A stretch of 64,000 bases of DNA from Schmidtea polychroa (GCA_044892525.1 CM097885.1:37884001-37948000), one strand, 5' to 3'; positions 42,271 through 56,439 are shown, numbered from the stretch's first letter. The notes: generated by a model from the letters alone, not told the origin. Numbers and translations are program-made.

Positions 42271-43171
42271 TTTCTCTTTCGTACAGGCCCAGATTACTGA
42301 CTACACAAATAAACCAAAAATAACCAAGATCAACAAAAAGCGACACAATTTATTCACGTTTTTGGTGAAATTAGTAAAAATAAATCAAATAATAGTCAAA
42401 ACAATTGTCACCCTCTTGATCTCAACTTTTATCTGTTCTTTGAAATTTTGTCAAATTGTAATGAAAAACATGAAAACTTGCAGCAGACTTATTAATCGGA
42501 AGCTTATTAAATTCTTAAATTTTATGCAGTCTGATAATTCTCTCTTGTTAACATTTGTTTAACATTCAAAAATCCTTCTAATGAAATTATGTTTGAAAAA
42601 TCAATATATCCTACTTTGTAAAATCTTTCTTCGATTATAACTAAGAACTTTAACAATTGAAATGATCCAAATATTCAAATTTTATTTTTTAACTAGTGAA
42701 ATGATAATAGATAGGCCTAGGAACTGATTTGTTACTGACATCATCTTGTGGAACTGTAAATTCAGGCAAGTATTTATCATTCCTATCTTTTTATTCAACG
42801 CTTAATATTTAATCATTTTCTCTTAGAGCTATAAATGTTTTCGGTAACTAATCTTGACCAAATCCAGTTTTTTTGGGAAATAGGTCAATGTTGTCGATGC
42901 TGTCTTTTTGATATCTTTTTATGTAACATCACTATTTTCAACTTCTGTCACTTGTTCGATTTCAGTAATAACTCAGTGTAACCCAATTAATTTGAATTTG
43001 CCGCCTTGAATATAAGTTTAATTAGATTTGTTTTCAAAAATTCATTTGACAATACTTATTCTTTCGGTTAATTTATCCAATTGTAAACTCCCTTAAATAA
43101 AATAAATAAAAATATTATGTGCCATTATAAGAAAATTTTCACTTCAATATCAATCATTCTTGGCTTTTCAG

Positions 43172-43415
43172 AATCGCTTCGATGAAATGACACCTATTCC
43201 CAAGAAATATGTTGAATGTATCAATTTAAATCAGAATTTCCTTGAATTCAGTCTGGTTAAACAAAAGTAACTATTGATCTGTATGGATTTATATTATTGA
43301 TCCAGGGTTTTATTTATGGATTTCAAAATTAACACCGAAAACTATCAGCGAATCAGCTGTTTCGGTTTTGATAGTGGAAAATTTTTGGTTTCAATATTGA
43401 ACCTTAAAAAATCAG
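43172..43415 (+). CDS. KPTN: Kaptin-like gene exons 7-8 (43172-43266, 43306-43415)
   Basis: NFLEFSLVKQKVLFMDFK...QRISCFGFDSGKFLVSIL resembles kaptin VLWLD...RRLSALGCQSGYVRV; 39-nt intron keeps the frame. Confidence 0.8.
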
Positions 43416-44748
43416 GTAGTAAATGTTGCTTTGATTATTCGTAATAAATAATTGTAAAATAGATAAAGTTTTTGAAAATTTTAATTTTATTGTGAAAACC
43501 CACAAAGGAAAAATGATGTTTTAGAAATGAAGATGAATTTGGGATTTAATTTAATTTAATTACAAAATCTTTAGAATACACATAATGTTAACATTTTCTC
43601 AATTTGTTGGGGTTTGATGAAATAATAATCACAAAAATAAAGTGAAAATCAATAAAAACAACAGATTCATTAAAAATTAAAAGGAATATTTTCCGGGAGA
43701 AACTGGTATGGAAAATATGGTAAACAATGAGATAAGTTCAAATATAATAAAAAAAACTCAATGGGGTCCCCAGAAGGAAATATTTACAAAAAACTAAAAT
43801 TAATTATCTAATTGAAAACCCAGACTATTTTTTATCTATAAGAAAGTACCACTCAAACATTCGTTTTACGATATAATTCTACAGTATTACACATTTTGTC
43901 TTTTAAATTAAGTATATATTTTTGTAAATAAAATATCTTAAAACATCCTTGATATATTGATATATTGATATTGATATTCATCTATTATTGTGACCTTTGA
44001 ATTTAATAGTGATAATCTTTCATTTAATAATAATAAGCTTTCAATAAATATTATTTTTCATTTCATGTATATTTTACTTATTATAGTTTGAATGAATTGT
44101 TTATACAAAATGATTGTAATAAAAGTACAAATGATCAAACGAGAGAGAATAAGTAAAATATTTATTAAACTATATTATTTCTTAAAAAATTTATTAAAGA
44201 GGTCATATAGTATTGTTACATTTCTTTGTTACGTTGGAAATTCAATATTTTAATTAACTTTATGAGTGTTATATATTTTTAACTTTGCGGAAATAAATAA
44301 ATGCTTTCCTAATTCTCTCTCGCTTGACTATTTATATCAGAATCGAAGTCACTTTATAGTATAATTCATCTAACTATAAATATATATATATATAACCTTG
44401 TTTAGATAAGAGGTGACATTTTAAGAACCTTTTTTGTTATGAGAAGGAAAATAACATGGTCATAATATGAATTCTGTGTGTTAGACGCAATTAAATTCAA
44501 ATCTTCCTCAAGCATTTATTTTTATAACAACTTCAAAATTGTGCCGTTTACTAGCGTATTTAAACACCGAGGCGTGATAATTATTAATATTAATGTAATT
44601 ACCGGTCATACATTTAATTGATTTAATCTAATATAATATGATATAATTTAATATAGAATTTAAATATAAAAATTTAACAGAAATAATTATTTCTACTAAC
44701 TGATCTCACTTCTACCATTTAACCATAATAATCTTATATAGGGGTTTA

Positions 44749-47700
44749 CTAACTCCTTACTTTAAAATGCTTTAACTTTTCTATATTCCTCGTTATTTTT
44801 CTCCCGTTTTCGTCTGTTAATAAGTAACTTCTTTCATGATTTCGTTTAATTACTGTGTATGGTCCTTCATATCTCTCGTGATCTTTGTTTCTAATTTCTT
44901 GTTTCACCAATACTTTGTCCCCGACTTCTAAGTTCCTAGTTATGCCAATTTCTTTCGCTTGCTGTCTTTTAGCCTCTAATTTCCGCATGATTTCATTTCT
45001 AACCACTTCATTATTACTATGCCATTGCGATCTATTAATCTTTCTTCCAAATATAATTTCTGTTGGACTCACTCCAGTAGTTTTTTGAGCTGTCGCATTT
45101 AAAACGTATTCTATATCAGGTATTAATTCTGCCCAGCTTTTTTTAACTCCTTCTCTGAGTGACGCGTTAATATAGTCTCTTATAGTACGAAATTGTCTTT
45201 CAATTACACCATTAGTATTATGATGATACGGACTCGAAAATATCAACTCAATTCCTGCTGCATTTGCTAGTTCTTTAATACTATTTGCTTCGAAATTCTT
45301 TCCACAATCAACATGTAGTTCCTTAGGGGCTCCAAATTTCAATATCCAATTATTTAACAAAACTGCCTTTATTGTATTTTCATCTTGCTTTCTAATAGGA
45401 GTTAGAGATATGTATTTACTGTAATGATCGATTATTTCACAAATATATTTTTCTCCTCTGAAGGTTTCTCTTAATGGACCGCAAATATCCATGTATATTT
45501 TCTCCATAGGTTCTGAAGCTTGAATTACTTGGGTTTTTTCTTTTGACCTTGTAGTTAAAACTTTGTTTTTCTGACATGCTTCACATATTGAAATAGTCTC
45601 TTTTACTTCATTTAGCAAATCTTCCATATCAAAATTGTTCCTAATATATTTCATAACTTTTTCTACTCCTGCGTGGCATAATAATAAATGTGTTTCCTTA
45701 ATCATTTCTCGTCTTTTTGTTTCTGGTATCCATTTTTTGTTTTGATTGGTATAGATAATATTTCCTTTTAATATATATATTTATTATTTTTCCTTTCATT
45801 TATTTGATCTTTTATTTCTTGTATTTCTGCATTATCTCTTTGCCATTCATTTCCATTATTTTCGGTCATCAATGTTAACAATCTAGTTTTTAATCGCCCT
45901 GATTTGGGGTTATCATGGTCCATCAAACATTGTACACATTTGCCGCATGTATTTCTAGGCAGCATATCTGCATTCGTATGCACCGTACCTTTTCTGAACT
46001 CCATTTTTATGTCTAAACTGCTCAAGTAATTTATCCACGTTTGGAACTGTGCTGTTATAGGGTTCTTTGTCGTTAACATAAAAGTTATTGCTTTATGATC
46101 AGTGCGCAAAACAAACCGTTTACCGTATAAATAATGGTTGAAATGGCGACAGGAATAATATATAGCCAAAAGCTCTTTTCGTGTTATACAATATCCTCTT
46201 TCATGGCTACTCATTGCATGGGATCCATATGCAATAACGTGTTCATGCCCCATTTCATCTCTTTGTGATAATACAGCTCCAATTGTATCAAAGCTTGCGT
46301 CTGTATCTAATATGAATTCTTTCTTGAAATCTGGAAATACGAGAATTGGCGCTGTAGTCAACGCCATTTTCATTTCTTCGAAAGCTTTCTCACATTTCTC
46401 AGTCCAGATTATTTTTCACTATTGCTTCCACATATGCTTTCTAGCGCTCTTGGATTTGTTGCATATTCCTTAATAAATCTTCGATAATAGTTACATATAC
46501 CTAAAAAGCTTCTCAAATTCTTTATACACTTAGGCCTCTGAAATGATTTAATAGCCTCAATTTTACTTTGATCTGTCCGAATCCCCTGACTGTTAATAAT
46601 GTGTCCTAAAAACTTTACTTCGCCTTTTAATAACTGACATTTTTCTGGGTTGATTCTCAATTTAGCTTCCATTATTTTCTCTAGAACTTTTCCAAACACA
46701 TTGTAATGTTCTTCAATTGTTCTTGTAAAAATTAAAATATCATCTAAATATACCATAACTCCTTCTTTCCATAGATCTTTCAATATTTTTGTCATTAATT
46801 CTTGGAATGTACCCGGTGCCGCCGCAATGCCAAAATGCATTCTATTAAAACAAAATTGCCCTTCTTTAGTAGAAAATGCTGTCTTTTCTTGCGATTCTAT
46901 GTCCAATTTCACTTGATAATAAGCGTTCCCAAGGTCTATAGAACTAAAGTACTTAGATCCATGTAATGTATCTAGAATTTTTTCTACATTCGGCATAGGA
47001 AAAGCTTGTCTTTCAGTAATCTTATTAAGCTGTCTAAAATCTAAACAAAGTCTGATATCTTTTTTGTCTTTTTTCCACACGCATACTAACGGCGTATTCC
47101 AAAGTGAATTACATCTTCTTATGATATCATTATTTTCTAAATTTTTTATAGCAGCATTTATTTTCTCATCTAAATTGATGGGTTGTCTTCTGGGTTTTAT
47201 CATAATTGGCCCTTCTTTTGTGATGATTTTATGTGCAATTAAATCAGTACATCCGATATCCCAGTTATTAGCCATAAAAACACTTTTATTGTTTTTAACA
47301 ATCTCTAACAGTCTTTTATTTTCGTTTAATCTTAGAATTTCTATTGCTTTTTGACATCTCTCGTTATCTGTAATCTTTTCCCCAAATCTAGCTTCTATTT
47401 CACACACAAATTCATTATATCCTTCTTCATTTTGCTTGATGTAGTTTAATTCAATTCCAAACTCTTTCTACAATTCCACTCCGCCTATTATATCTGGAAC
47501 AGTATTTTTAACTATTATAAATGTTATTTTCTTTTCCATATTACCAATTCTAACATCAATATTTATTTTTCCGATTGTCTCTAATTTACTATCATTTGCA
47601 CATCTTAACATCTCATCTGTTTTTATGATTTTCACATTCACTAATTTGTCCACAACTGCTTCTGCCATTACATTTACTCTTGCTCCTGTATCTAGTAAGC

Positions 47701-47752
47701 ATTCCATTCTATAGCTCTGAAATTCAAGAGTTGTACTCGGTCTACCTTGCAT
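44749..47752 (-). pseudogene. pol: gypsy pol (protease, reverse transcriptase, RNase H, integrase) broken by stops/frameshifts
   Basis: LLDTGA; LCLDFRQLN...YLDD; DTDAS...ELLAI...TDHK; HAG...CEAC...DICGP...D.GKNF...IERQFRT. Confidence 0.95.
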
Positions 47753-48159
47753 TTTGTCATAACTTAGTATCGGTCGTTGCCATTCATCTTTAGTGAAAAT
47801 ATTTTGCTCCTCTGATATTTCATTAATCCATCCAATTTCATTTCTCTCTAATTTATATTCTGCTTCTTTAATTTCATTATACTCTTCTTGATTCTTAGGA
47901 TTATTATTATTATTTATTAAAGATCGATCAGCATTAAAATAACTATAACATTTAAAATTATTTAAAGGAAACTTTTTAAAATTACTAATTTTATTACATA
48001 AAGGTTCTACATTATTATGTATATAAGGATTATTTACATTATTAAAATTATTATGACCAATATTTACATCAATATCAAAATTACCTAGTATATTGCTCCG
48101 ATCATTGCCTCCCGTGTCGAAGCATGTACTTTTGGGTGCTGAATATCCTCATATTTGTC

Positions 48160-49110
48160 TTATGCATCATCTGAATACTCAAGTGGCATCGTCTCATCAT
48201 TAGCTTCAATTGCTGCAATTATTCTTCCTGGATTGTTGATCTTTTGTTGATAGCTTGTAGTTCGATTGGCATAATAATTATTGTTTCTCATGTTTGAATT
48301 AGTTTGAAACTTCCTTCTTTCCAAATTTGTATAGGAGTCAATTTCCTTGTGTCCACGTAAGTGACATCTCTGGCATTGAATCGTTGAACATTCTCGCCGT
48401 ACGTGGCCTTCAACTCCGCATGCAAAACACGTCATTTTCTTTTTCATTTGGCATTCTCGACTAACATGACCAGTTTTCTTGCATGCCCAGCATTCCAATT
48501 GTTGGTTACTGACGTTTCGATGCTTGAAATTATTATTTCCGTTTACCATTCCTCTTTGAGCAACATCTCTGTAACTCCTGTAGTTTTGAACAACCGGTGA
48601 AGTCTTCACAACATTAATATGGCCCATAATTTTGTTTACCTTTTCTAATTTCTTTATTGTCGCTTTTATTTCTTCTGATGTTTTCAAATCTTTCATCTCG
48701 ATCTCTTTTTTAACTTTTCGATCTCTTACACAGTTTGTAAGCGGGCATTTTTCTATTTCTTCTTCATCCCATTTGTGCGCTATTAATTTCTTTGTCATCT
48801 TTTTAATTTTCTCTATAAAAGTTTCGGCTGAATCTGATCCTTGTTCATAACTCAAAACTTCTTTTAGATCATCCATTAATGATGTCGGTTTCGAAAATGC
48901 ATATCGAAGTTTTTCTTCCATAGTTTTTCCTTCGGCTGCTTCATAATCTTCCATTAGCGATCTGTCAAGTAATGTTGTAGTTAATATTACTTGCATCCTA
49001 ATTGTTGTTTTTGTCGTGCCAAAAAATCAAGACAATCCTTGATAAAATTTTCTAGATCATCGCCATTGTGAAATTTCTCATGTAATAGTCTGCTTATCAA
49101 TAAATCCGTG
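48160..49110 (-). pseudogene. gag: gypsy gag with CCHC zinc knuckles
   Basis: CWACKKTGHVSREC, CFACGVEGHVRREC and a degenerate third knuckle; 5' part frameshifted. Confidence 0.9.
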
Positions 49111-49727
49111 GTCGTGGTCGCCATGTTAGGCGTAATTAAATTCAAATCTTCTTCAAGCATTTATTTTTATAACAACTTCAAAATTGTGCCGTTTACTAGC
49201 GTATTTAAACACCGAGGCGTGATAATTATTAATATTAATGTAATTACCGGTCATACATTTAATTGATTTAATTTAATATAATTTAATATAATATGATATA
49301 ATTTAATATAGAATTTAAATATAAAAATTTAACAGAAATAATTATTTCTACTAACTGATCTCACTTTACCATTTAACCATAATAATCTTATATAGGGGTT
49401 TACTAACTCCTTACACTGTGTATGATATAAATGTGACTTCTTAGTTCGAATTGTTGGTACCAACGGTCAGTATCAACACATGGTAAATATTTTACCTTAT
49501 CCTTTTTCTTTTTTTTTTCTTTAAAGGAAAAGAGAAAGCAAACTGTCGGAAATTAGATTTTATATAGCAAAAATTTGATAAATTATGTATTACTGTATTA
49601 TGTATCAAGATATTAATTACCACTCCATTCACATACGTTTCTATAATATTTGGCAAATAGTGTTCCTTTACTTTTTATCACTAAATTGTTGTTACTAATC
49701 TTTATTAAATATATTATGTTTTAATAG

Positions 49728-49817
49728 AAATTTTGGAATTCTTTGATTCCGAGCATAATAGTCCAATAACGAGTTTACATCTAATCAGTAACACCCAATT
49801 CATGCCAAAATTAGGAA
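49728..49817 (+). CDS. KPTN: Kaptin-like gene exon 9
   Basis: EILEFFDSEHNSPITSLHLIS; 90 nt, phase 1-1, AG/GT ends. Confidence 0.75.
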
Positions 49818-50119
49818 GTTAGTAATATGATTAAATTTATATTTTATTTTTTTATTTAACCATATTATAAGTTTTATGAAGTGCATTTTTTGTATTTTGC
49901 AATTAAATAGTTGAATTACTACAGCGCTATTATACAGCGGTTAAATGTTAAGCAATATTTATTTTTCAGTGTAATTCTGTCACATTGTCGTGAAATTTCG
50001 ATAATTAGAAGCTGTGTTATAGCAATACTTTGTAAACAACGTTTTAAAAATGAAAAAAAGAACAAACAGTAAACATTAAGTATTTTGGAAAATTAGCATA
50101 TATCCAACAGAAACTCATC

Positions 50120-50715
50120 GCAAACTCTGTCCAATCGATGCCTTCGTGAGTTGGAACTTCGAATATGTTTTTAAGGAATGCATTATAAAGTTTAGATCCA
50201 TTCAGAATGACATTGAATCCATTGAAGAAACCATCTTTGCCTTGATTGTAAAAGGTAGACACCCTTTCTGATGAATTTTCATCGGATAAATTCCTAATTG
50301 AAAACGACCGGACAGTTACAGTTTTATCACAAACATATAGAAATTCATCTTTGGATAATGTATCAATAAAGTCAATAATTTCTGAACTTTCAACTGATTT
50401 GAATTTATTAAACTTCATTTGATCAAGATTTAATTTCCATACGATTACATAACCACATAAATCCGCACTTACAAGGAATGAGTTAGTTTCGTTGATGATT
50501 AATTTCGTTATTGAATCTGAATGTCCATATAATATATCAATTGGTTTGCCATCGTCTAAACTCCATGCAATTATAGTATCATTCATTCCACCAGTGAAGG
50601 CAACTCTCGATTTATTGTCCCAAGCTACTGACAAATCAACATTCGAATGACCACTCAAAACAAATTCGTCATATTCATTATCCTTAGCATTTTTAAAATC
50701 CATACCATTTTCCAT
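50120..50715 (-). pseudogene. 5' fragment of a WD40-repeat gene (AAMP/Sqt1-like)
   Basis: GHSNVDLSVAWD...TGGMNDTIIAW...GHSDSITKL...LVSADLCGYVIVW; only about two clear repeats, and the ORF runs into mariner-derived sequence at ~50117. Confidence 0.65.
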
Positions 50716-51011
50716 TTCGAAATAATCAACGAAACGAATTTAAATCTTTTATTTTCAAAACAAAACACATAGATTTTAAAAATCCATTTTTTCAACAACT
50801 TCTCGAAATTCCAATAACTTGACATAAAAATCCAAAAATTTGACAGCCAAATAAATATAAGAAACCTATAATAAATTTCAAAATTCGATATCAACTCGAC
50901 AATTAATAACTCGAATCACCAATTGTCCGCGTCTGTGTGCGCACACAAATTAATCCAATTTCAAAGCAAAAAACACACACACAGACGCGACACTTCAACT
51001 CGTGCTTCACC

Positions 51012-51602
51012 AGTTGTGTTATAGCAATACTTTGTAAAAAACGTTTTAAAAATGAAAAAAGAACAACCAGTATTTTGGAAAATTAGCATATATCCAACAG
51101 AAACTCTTGAAATGTTACGAAGCGCTCAAGAGGATAATTGTTTATCACAGACACAAGTTTTTGAGTGGCTTAAGTGATTTAGGGAATGTTGATGTTAAAA
51201 ATGGGGATGATTCTCAATTCTTTTTATAATTCTAAAGGAATTTCCAGCAAAATAATTCTTTCAATATGACACAACATTTAATGCTGAATATTATCTTGAA
51301 GTTTTGGAACGTTTACTTTCTTGTATCCGTCGTATTCGGCCAAAATATAGTGAACAATGTGATTATTTTATTTTCCAAAATATCATTTTCCAGTGAAAGG
51401 AAGTCGTTTCCTATCAGTTAAATGACGCACAACGTACAATTTAGAAGCTTGCTTAATAAAATTAAAATCAACGATATACTTGTTGAACGTGTAAGTCATT
51501 TTATTTCTCCATAAAGCGAATATTTTGAATAAATCCAATTATTTCAAATATCTATTTCCACTTTCATTTTTAATTCGTTCCGGTTATTTTTGGCACAAAT
51601 GT
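51012..51602 (+). mobile_element. Highly decayed mariner-like element (about 100 bp of its 5' part duplicated at 50010-50117)
   Basis: PTETLEMLRSAQEDNCLSQTQVFEW and TFNAEYYLEVLERLLSCIRRIRP are mariner transposase-like; TIR-like ttccggttatttttggcaca at the right end. Confidence 0.75.
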
Positions 51603-51725
51603 TTTTTTGCAAAAATTCAAACTCCAAAATTAAATGAAATTTTCACTTGAACTTTGATTGTTATTTAAAATACAATAAAATTAAATGAGTAATAACAATA
51701 GTTTATTAATGATGATTTTTGCCAG

Positions 51726-52059
51726 TTGATGTACCTGACGCGCCTTTGGTAAGAACGGATTGCCACCTGGTCGTATGTAGTGCAGTTGAGCAATCGGTCG
51801 TTTACAAGTAAAATAAATACGAGCTGATCATTATTTATGTTGTTCAATTCAAATTCAGAGATTTTGTTAGACATTCTGGATTTTCTTTGAAAAATCAATT
51901 TTGTCTGAAGTATAGTGATCAATATGATTGTGTACTTTCATCTGCCGTGGTAGACATCGATATGGATGGAGAATTAGAAATATTAATTGGCACATTTCAA
52001 CATTATGTGTTGATCTATAAATGGCAGGCTTCTGGATTGACGGATAGTGGTTATTTTCG
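51726..52059 (+). CDS. KPTN: Kaptin-like gene exons 10-11 (51726-51807, 51859-52059)
   Basis: HLVVCSAVEQSVVYKD...SDQYDCVLSSAVVDIDMDGELEILIGTFQHYVLIYK resembles kaptin LLVTSALEPAVVYRD...SDQFDSVL...DVDLDG.PEVLVATYGQELLCYK. Ends at a GT donor; next exon not found in the window. Confidence 0.88.
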
Positions 52060-52604
52060 GTAATTATTAAAGTTTTTGACTCAATATTATCATATTTGTA
52101 ATCTTTCTCTAATTAAATAAGAAGCACAATTTACAACATAAGTAGCGCAGAATGGAAAATAAGAAAAAATTTTTTGATTGCATTTTTATGACCCATCTTT
52201 GATAAGCTCTCCTTAATTCTACCAGTAAAATATGAACTACTTATATTCTCGACAGGTACTAGCAATCAATTCTATTCTCTAAATCTTGTATAAAATAACT
52301 GAGTAACCGATTAAAAAATGTAGTGAAAATAATACAAATGCTATTTCTTGCTATCAGTAGTTAGGAAAACATTATCTGATTAAATAAAATATATAGTCAA
52401 AATTTAACAAAAATCCTAAGTTTTCAATGAAAATCACATTAAATTGGAGAATAACTATATAAAGTTGTCAACTTAAGGGAGGTTACTTAAGAAGCGCCAA
52501 GCCAGTCTGATGTATGAACAAGTGTCCATACATGTCTTCCCCTACTTCTTCTTGGTTGTTATTACAAGATATCTCTATTACTTGATATTAATCTTAACTG
52601 GCAC

Positions 52605-54824
52605 TAAAGATTAGTATTGGGAATTCCTGAGCCAAATTGTTTTCCTGATTCCCGCGAAATATATTCAAGAATCACTGGAAAATCTAATTTTTTAAGACCC
52701 GATTAGAATAAACTTTTAATTTTCTGTGATTTTTTTATAATATTTTGACATTTTTACCTTTGATTTCTCATATTGGGATATTGTTTTTCTTAGATATAAC
52801 AAATAACTATATAATCGATTTCTTGTAGTTGTTATTTTTTATAGATTTTATTATAGTTAATTCAGTTTTACATTATTTAATTAGTGAAAACTCTCGTTCT
52901 TTTGTTTGGATATAATACTTTGTTTGTAATTCGATAAAGGTTAATTTTGTTTTGATTGATCAACTTTATTACTTTGAGTTCTTACAAATATTAAGTTTTA
53001 TATAGTTTTATAATTATGACGATTGGTGGTAGTATTTAAAGAAAACGATAAGGATACAGTAGCGTTCAATATTTGTTTTAAGCAAATAGTGTAAAGTGGT
53101 TTACATCGTCATTTAGAACATATCCATTTTGTGAAACGCAATAAAAAAGACAACCAATACTCACCTAAGTTAAAAAAGACGAAAACAAACGCTACCATCG
53201 ATAAGTTTTATCAAAGCAATAGTCCAACATTAGGTGAAATATTTGCTAAGCTTGCAGCGAAAGATGGTCTTACTAATTCACAAATTTGTAAAAGTGAATT
53301 TATAGGGAAAAGCTTTAAAGTTCAATGGTTTACTTTATCAAACCAACCAAGAGATGTGATAAAACTGATCTACGATTTCTATGACCAAATTAAAGCAGAT
53401 GCTGTGAGCAAAATAAAGATAATACAATTGGAGAATAAAAAAGCAAGCATTTCAATTAACGAATGGACAAGCTTTTAACAATCGTAAATATTTGAATATA
53501 AATATTTATTATAGTGATGTCGACTCTGATAATCTAGGCTTAGTAGCGTTTGTGGGCTTTTGTACTTCAGATACATTACTTCAAATGGTTGAAGAAAGGT
53601 TTTTAGGTTAGATTATGCCTAAGCTATTGTAAATATGGGAGACTATCACCGGTCGAATCACAGCTCTACTACAATCACGCTAAACAAATAGTGATTATGA
53701 ACGTATTTTACATTGAGCAACCAACGTAAATGGACCAGGCAATAGAAAATGATTCTGCTGAAGAGGAATTTGATGATGAAAACAACTATGACTGTGAAAA
53801 TGAAAAAGATGAATATTAATATATATATATTCGACACAATTAAAAAAAATTTGAAAATCGTTAAGCTTTACAAAAAATCACCTGCAAAAAGTTCAATTTA
53901 GCAAAGATACATAATGGATTCAGAAAACAAAGAGCTATCTTTGCTTTTCGACTGTCGACTGCGATGGAGTTGTCTAGAAATTATGGTGGAACAGTTTTTA
54001 AAGGTAATCGATCCTATACAGAAGGCTTTGTTGGAACTGGATATAGGCAACATCTGGAGTTTAGAGGAAACAATATATAGCGAAATGTATACTGAACTCT
54101 TTAAGTCCCGAAAAATATGCTGTAGAGGCTTTAAGTCGTGAATATGCCAATCTTTTAATAATTGAAGGAGTTCTAAAGTTTTTATTTAGTGCTCTTCGTG
54201 TTGAAAATTCATAACTAACGAAAAGACTTTTAGATGAACTACAGGTACAAATTTCGAAGAGAAGAAATAGATCGAACGTTTCGCTATTGAACTTTTTACA
54301 AGATCCAAACCATTTATAATAATGTAAGAATGAATGTTTCGAATCAACATCAAAATCTGGCTAGAAGTTATATGGAATATTGGAATGATTATGTTTTATT
54401 ACAACTCTGATCTTGATGATGCTGTTCTAACTGAAAGCGATGAAAATAATAAAACAACTTTAGGAAAACAGTTAGAAGACGGCATAAAAGCAATATTAAA
54501 ACCATCTAAACCACTAGTGATAGCAAATGATTTTACAACATTAAGTAAAGGAAAATTCCCAAATAATCTTGAAAATTTTAAAAGTGCGTTGATAACAATA
54601 AACCCGACATCACCATAAAATGAAAGGAACTTTTCAATATCGGGCCATATAAAAACATTATTTTATGAAAAAAATAGTATAATCTAAGTACTCATATTTA
54701 TCTTTTGTGTAAATTACATTTAATGCACTTGTTGTATTTTCTTTTTCGTATCAAAGAATTTTTCTTCAATTTCATTTATAATTTTTGCCCGTGAACGAAA
54801 AAAGTCGGGAAATGCATATCACGA
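52605..54824 (+). mobile_element. Decayed hAT transposon
   Basis: 8-bp TSD ACTGGCAC (52597-52604, 54825-54832); transposase remnants SISINEWTS, LLFDCRLRWSCL, ITINPTS...ERNFS; TIRs degenerate. Confidence 0.85.
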
Positions 54825-54857
54825 ACTGGCACCTTATTGGAAATCTATATAAATATA

Positions 54858-56375
54858 AGTAGTAGGATGTGAGCTCCCCAGACCATGTCCCCTCCAGATC
54901 ACATATACCCCCTCCCCCCCCCGGGAAAAAATTTTATTTTTTTTTTAGAACGATGCCTAATATTTTTAGAACTATTACGTAATCAATGCCTAATATTTTT
55001 AGAACGATGCCTAATATTTTTAGAACTATTACGTAATTTTTTTTTAAATTAAGTGATCCAGCGGGGACCTACTTTTTTTCTTCCCAAAAGTAATGTTCCC
55101 GCCAACAAATTTTATTAACCGATACCTCATCTTCAAGCTCAGTCCAAGACCTTTCGAATGAGCTATAGGTATCTTATATATCTTTAATAGTTTTAATGTT
55201 ATTAACAATTGATGACCACCATCTTTTCAACGTTAAATTATTATTATTTTTCAAAATATTATTAAGTGATCCAGCGGGGACCTACTTTTTTTCATCCCAA
55301 AAATTATTGTTCCCACCAACATATTATATTGGACGATAGCTTATTTTAAAGCTCTGTGCAAGAACTTTCTAATGAGATATAGATTTTTATCATACGATGA
55401 CTCATCACATTTTTAGAACAAAGACAATGACTCATCACATTTTTAGAATGATGTCTAATATTTTAGAATGATGCCAAATATTTTTAGAACGATGTCTATT
55501 ATTTTTAGAATGATGTCTAATATTTTAGAATGATGCCTAATATTTTTAGAATGATTACGTCATAATTTTAGAACGATGCCAAATACTTTTAGAACGATGC
55601 CAAATATTTTTAGAACGATGTCTATTATTTTTAGAATGATGTCTAATATTTTAGAATGATGCCTAATATTTTTAGAATGATGCCTAATATTTTTAGAATG
55701 ATTACGTCATAATTTTAGAATGATGCCTATTATTTTTAGAATGATGCCTAATATTTTTAGAATGATTACGTAATCAATGCCTAATATTTTTAGAACGATG
55801 CCTAATATTTTTAGAACGATGTCAAATACTTTTAGAATGATTACGTAATATTTTTAGAACGATGCCTCTTAATTTTATCATACGATGACTCATCACATTT
55901 TTAGAACAAAGACAATGACTCATCATATTTTTAGAACGATGCCAAATATTTTTAGAACGATTACGTCATACTTTTAGAACGATGTCTAATATTTTTAGAA
56001 CGATGCCTCTTATTTTTAGAACTATTACGTAATCGATGTCTAATATTTTTAGAACGATGTCTAATATTTTTAGAACGATGCCTAATATTTTTAGAACTAT
56101 TACGTAATCGACGCCTAATATTTTTAGAACGATGACTCATACGATCACTCATAAATTATTATTATTATTCAAAATATTATTAGTGATCTAGCGGTGACCT
56201 GGTTTTCGTTTGCCCAAAACTTAATGTTCCCATCATCCGAATTTATTTATCTATAGCTCATTTTAAAGCCCAGTGCAAGATTTATCTACTGATATATAAA
56301 TATTATTATCATCATTATTATGGGTAAAGATATTAACGGCCGCGCGAAAGATGTTATTTTCAAAGTTTTAATCAA

Positions 56376-56439
<64 letters not shown>

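Larger units (their letters stand above)
44479..49415 (-). mobile_element. Full-length Ty3/gypsy LTR retrotransposon, inactivated
   Basis: LTRs 44479-44760 and 49124-49415; TG..CA outer ends; 5-bp TSD CTGTG (44474-44478, 49416-49420); PBS TGGCGACC next to the 5' LTR; order gag-PR-RT-RH-IN. Confidence 0.97.

Noticed and set aside
44885..48850. Plus-strand ORFs inside the gypsy element
   Set aside because: Antisense shadows of gag/pol.
54941..56150. CRISPR-like array
   Set aside because: Head-to-tail degenerate repeats without unique spacers, no cas genes, eukaryotic context. The same applies to the 27-bp and 15-bp repeats.
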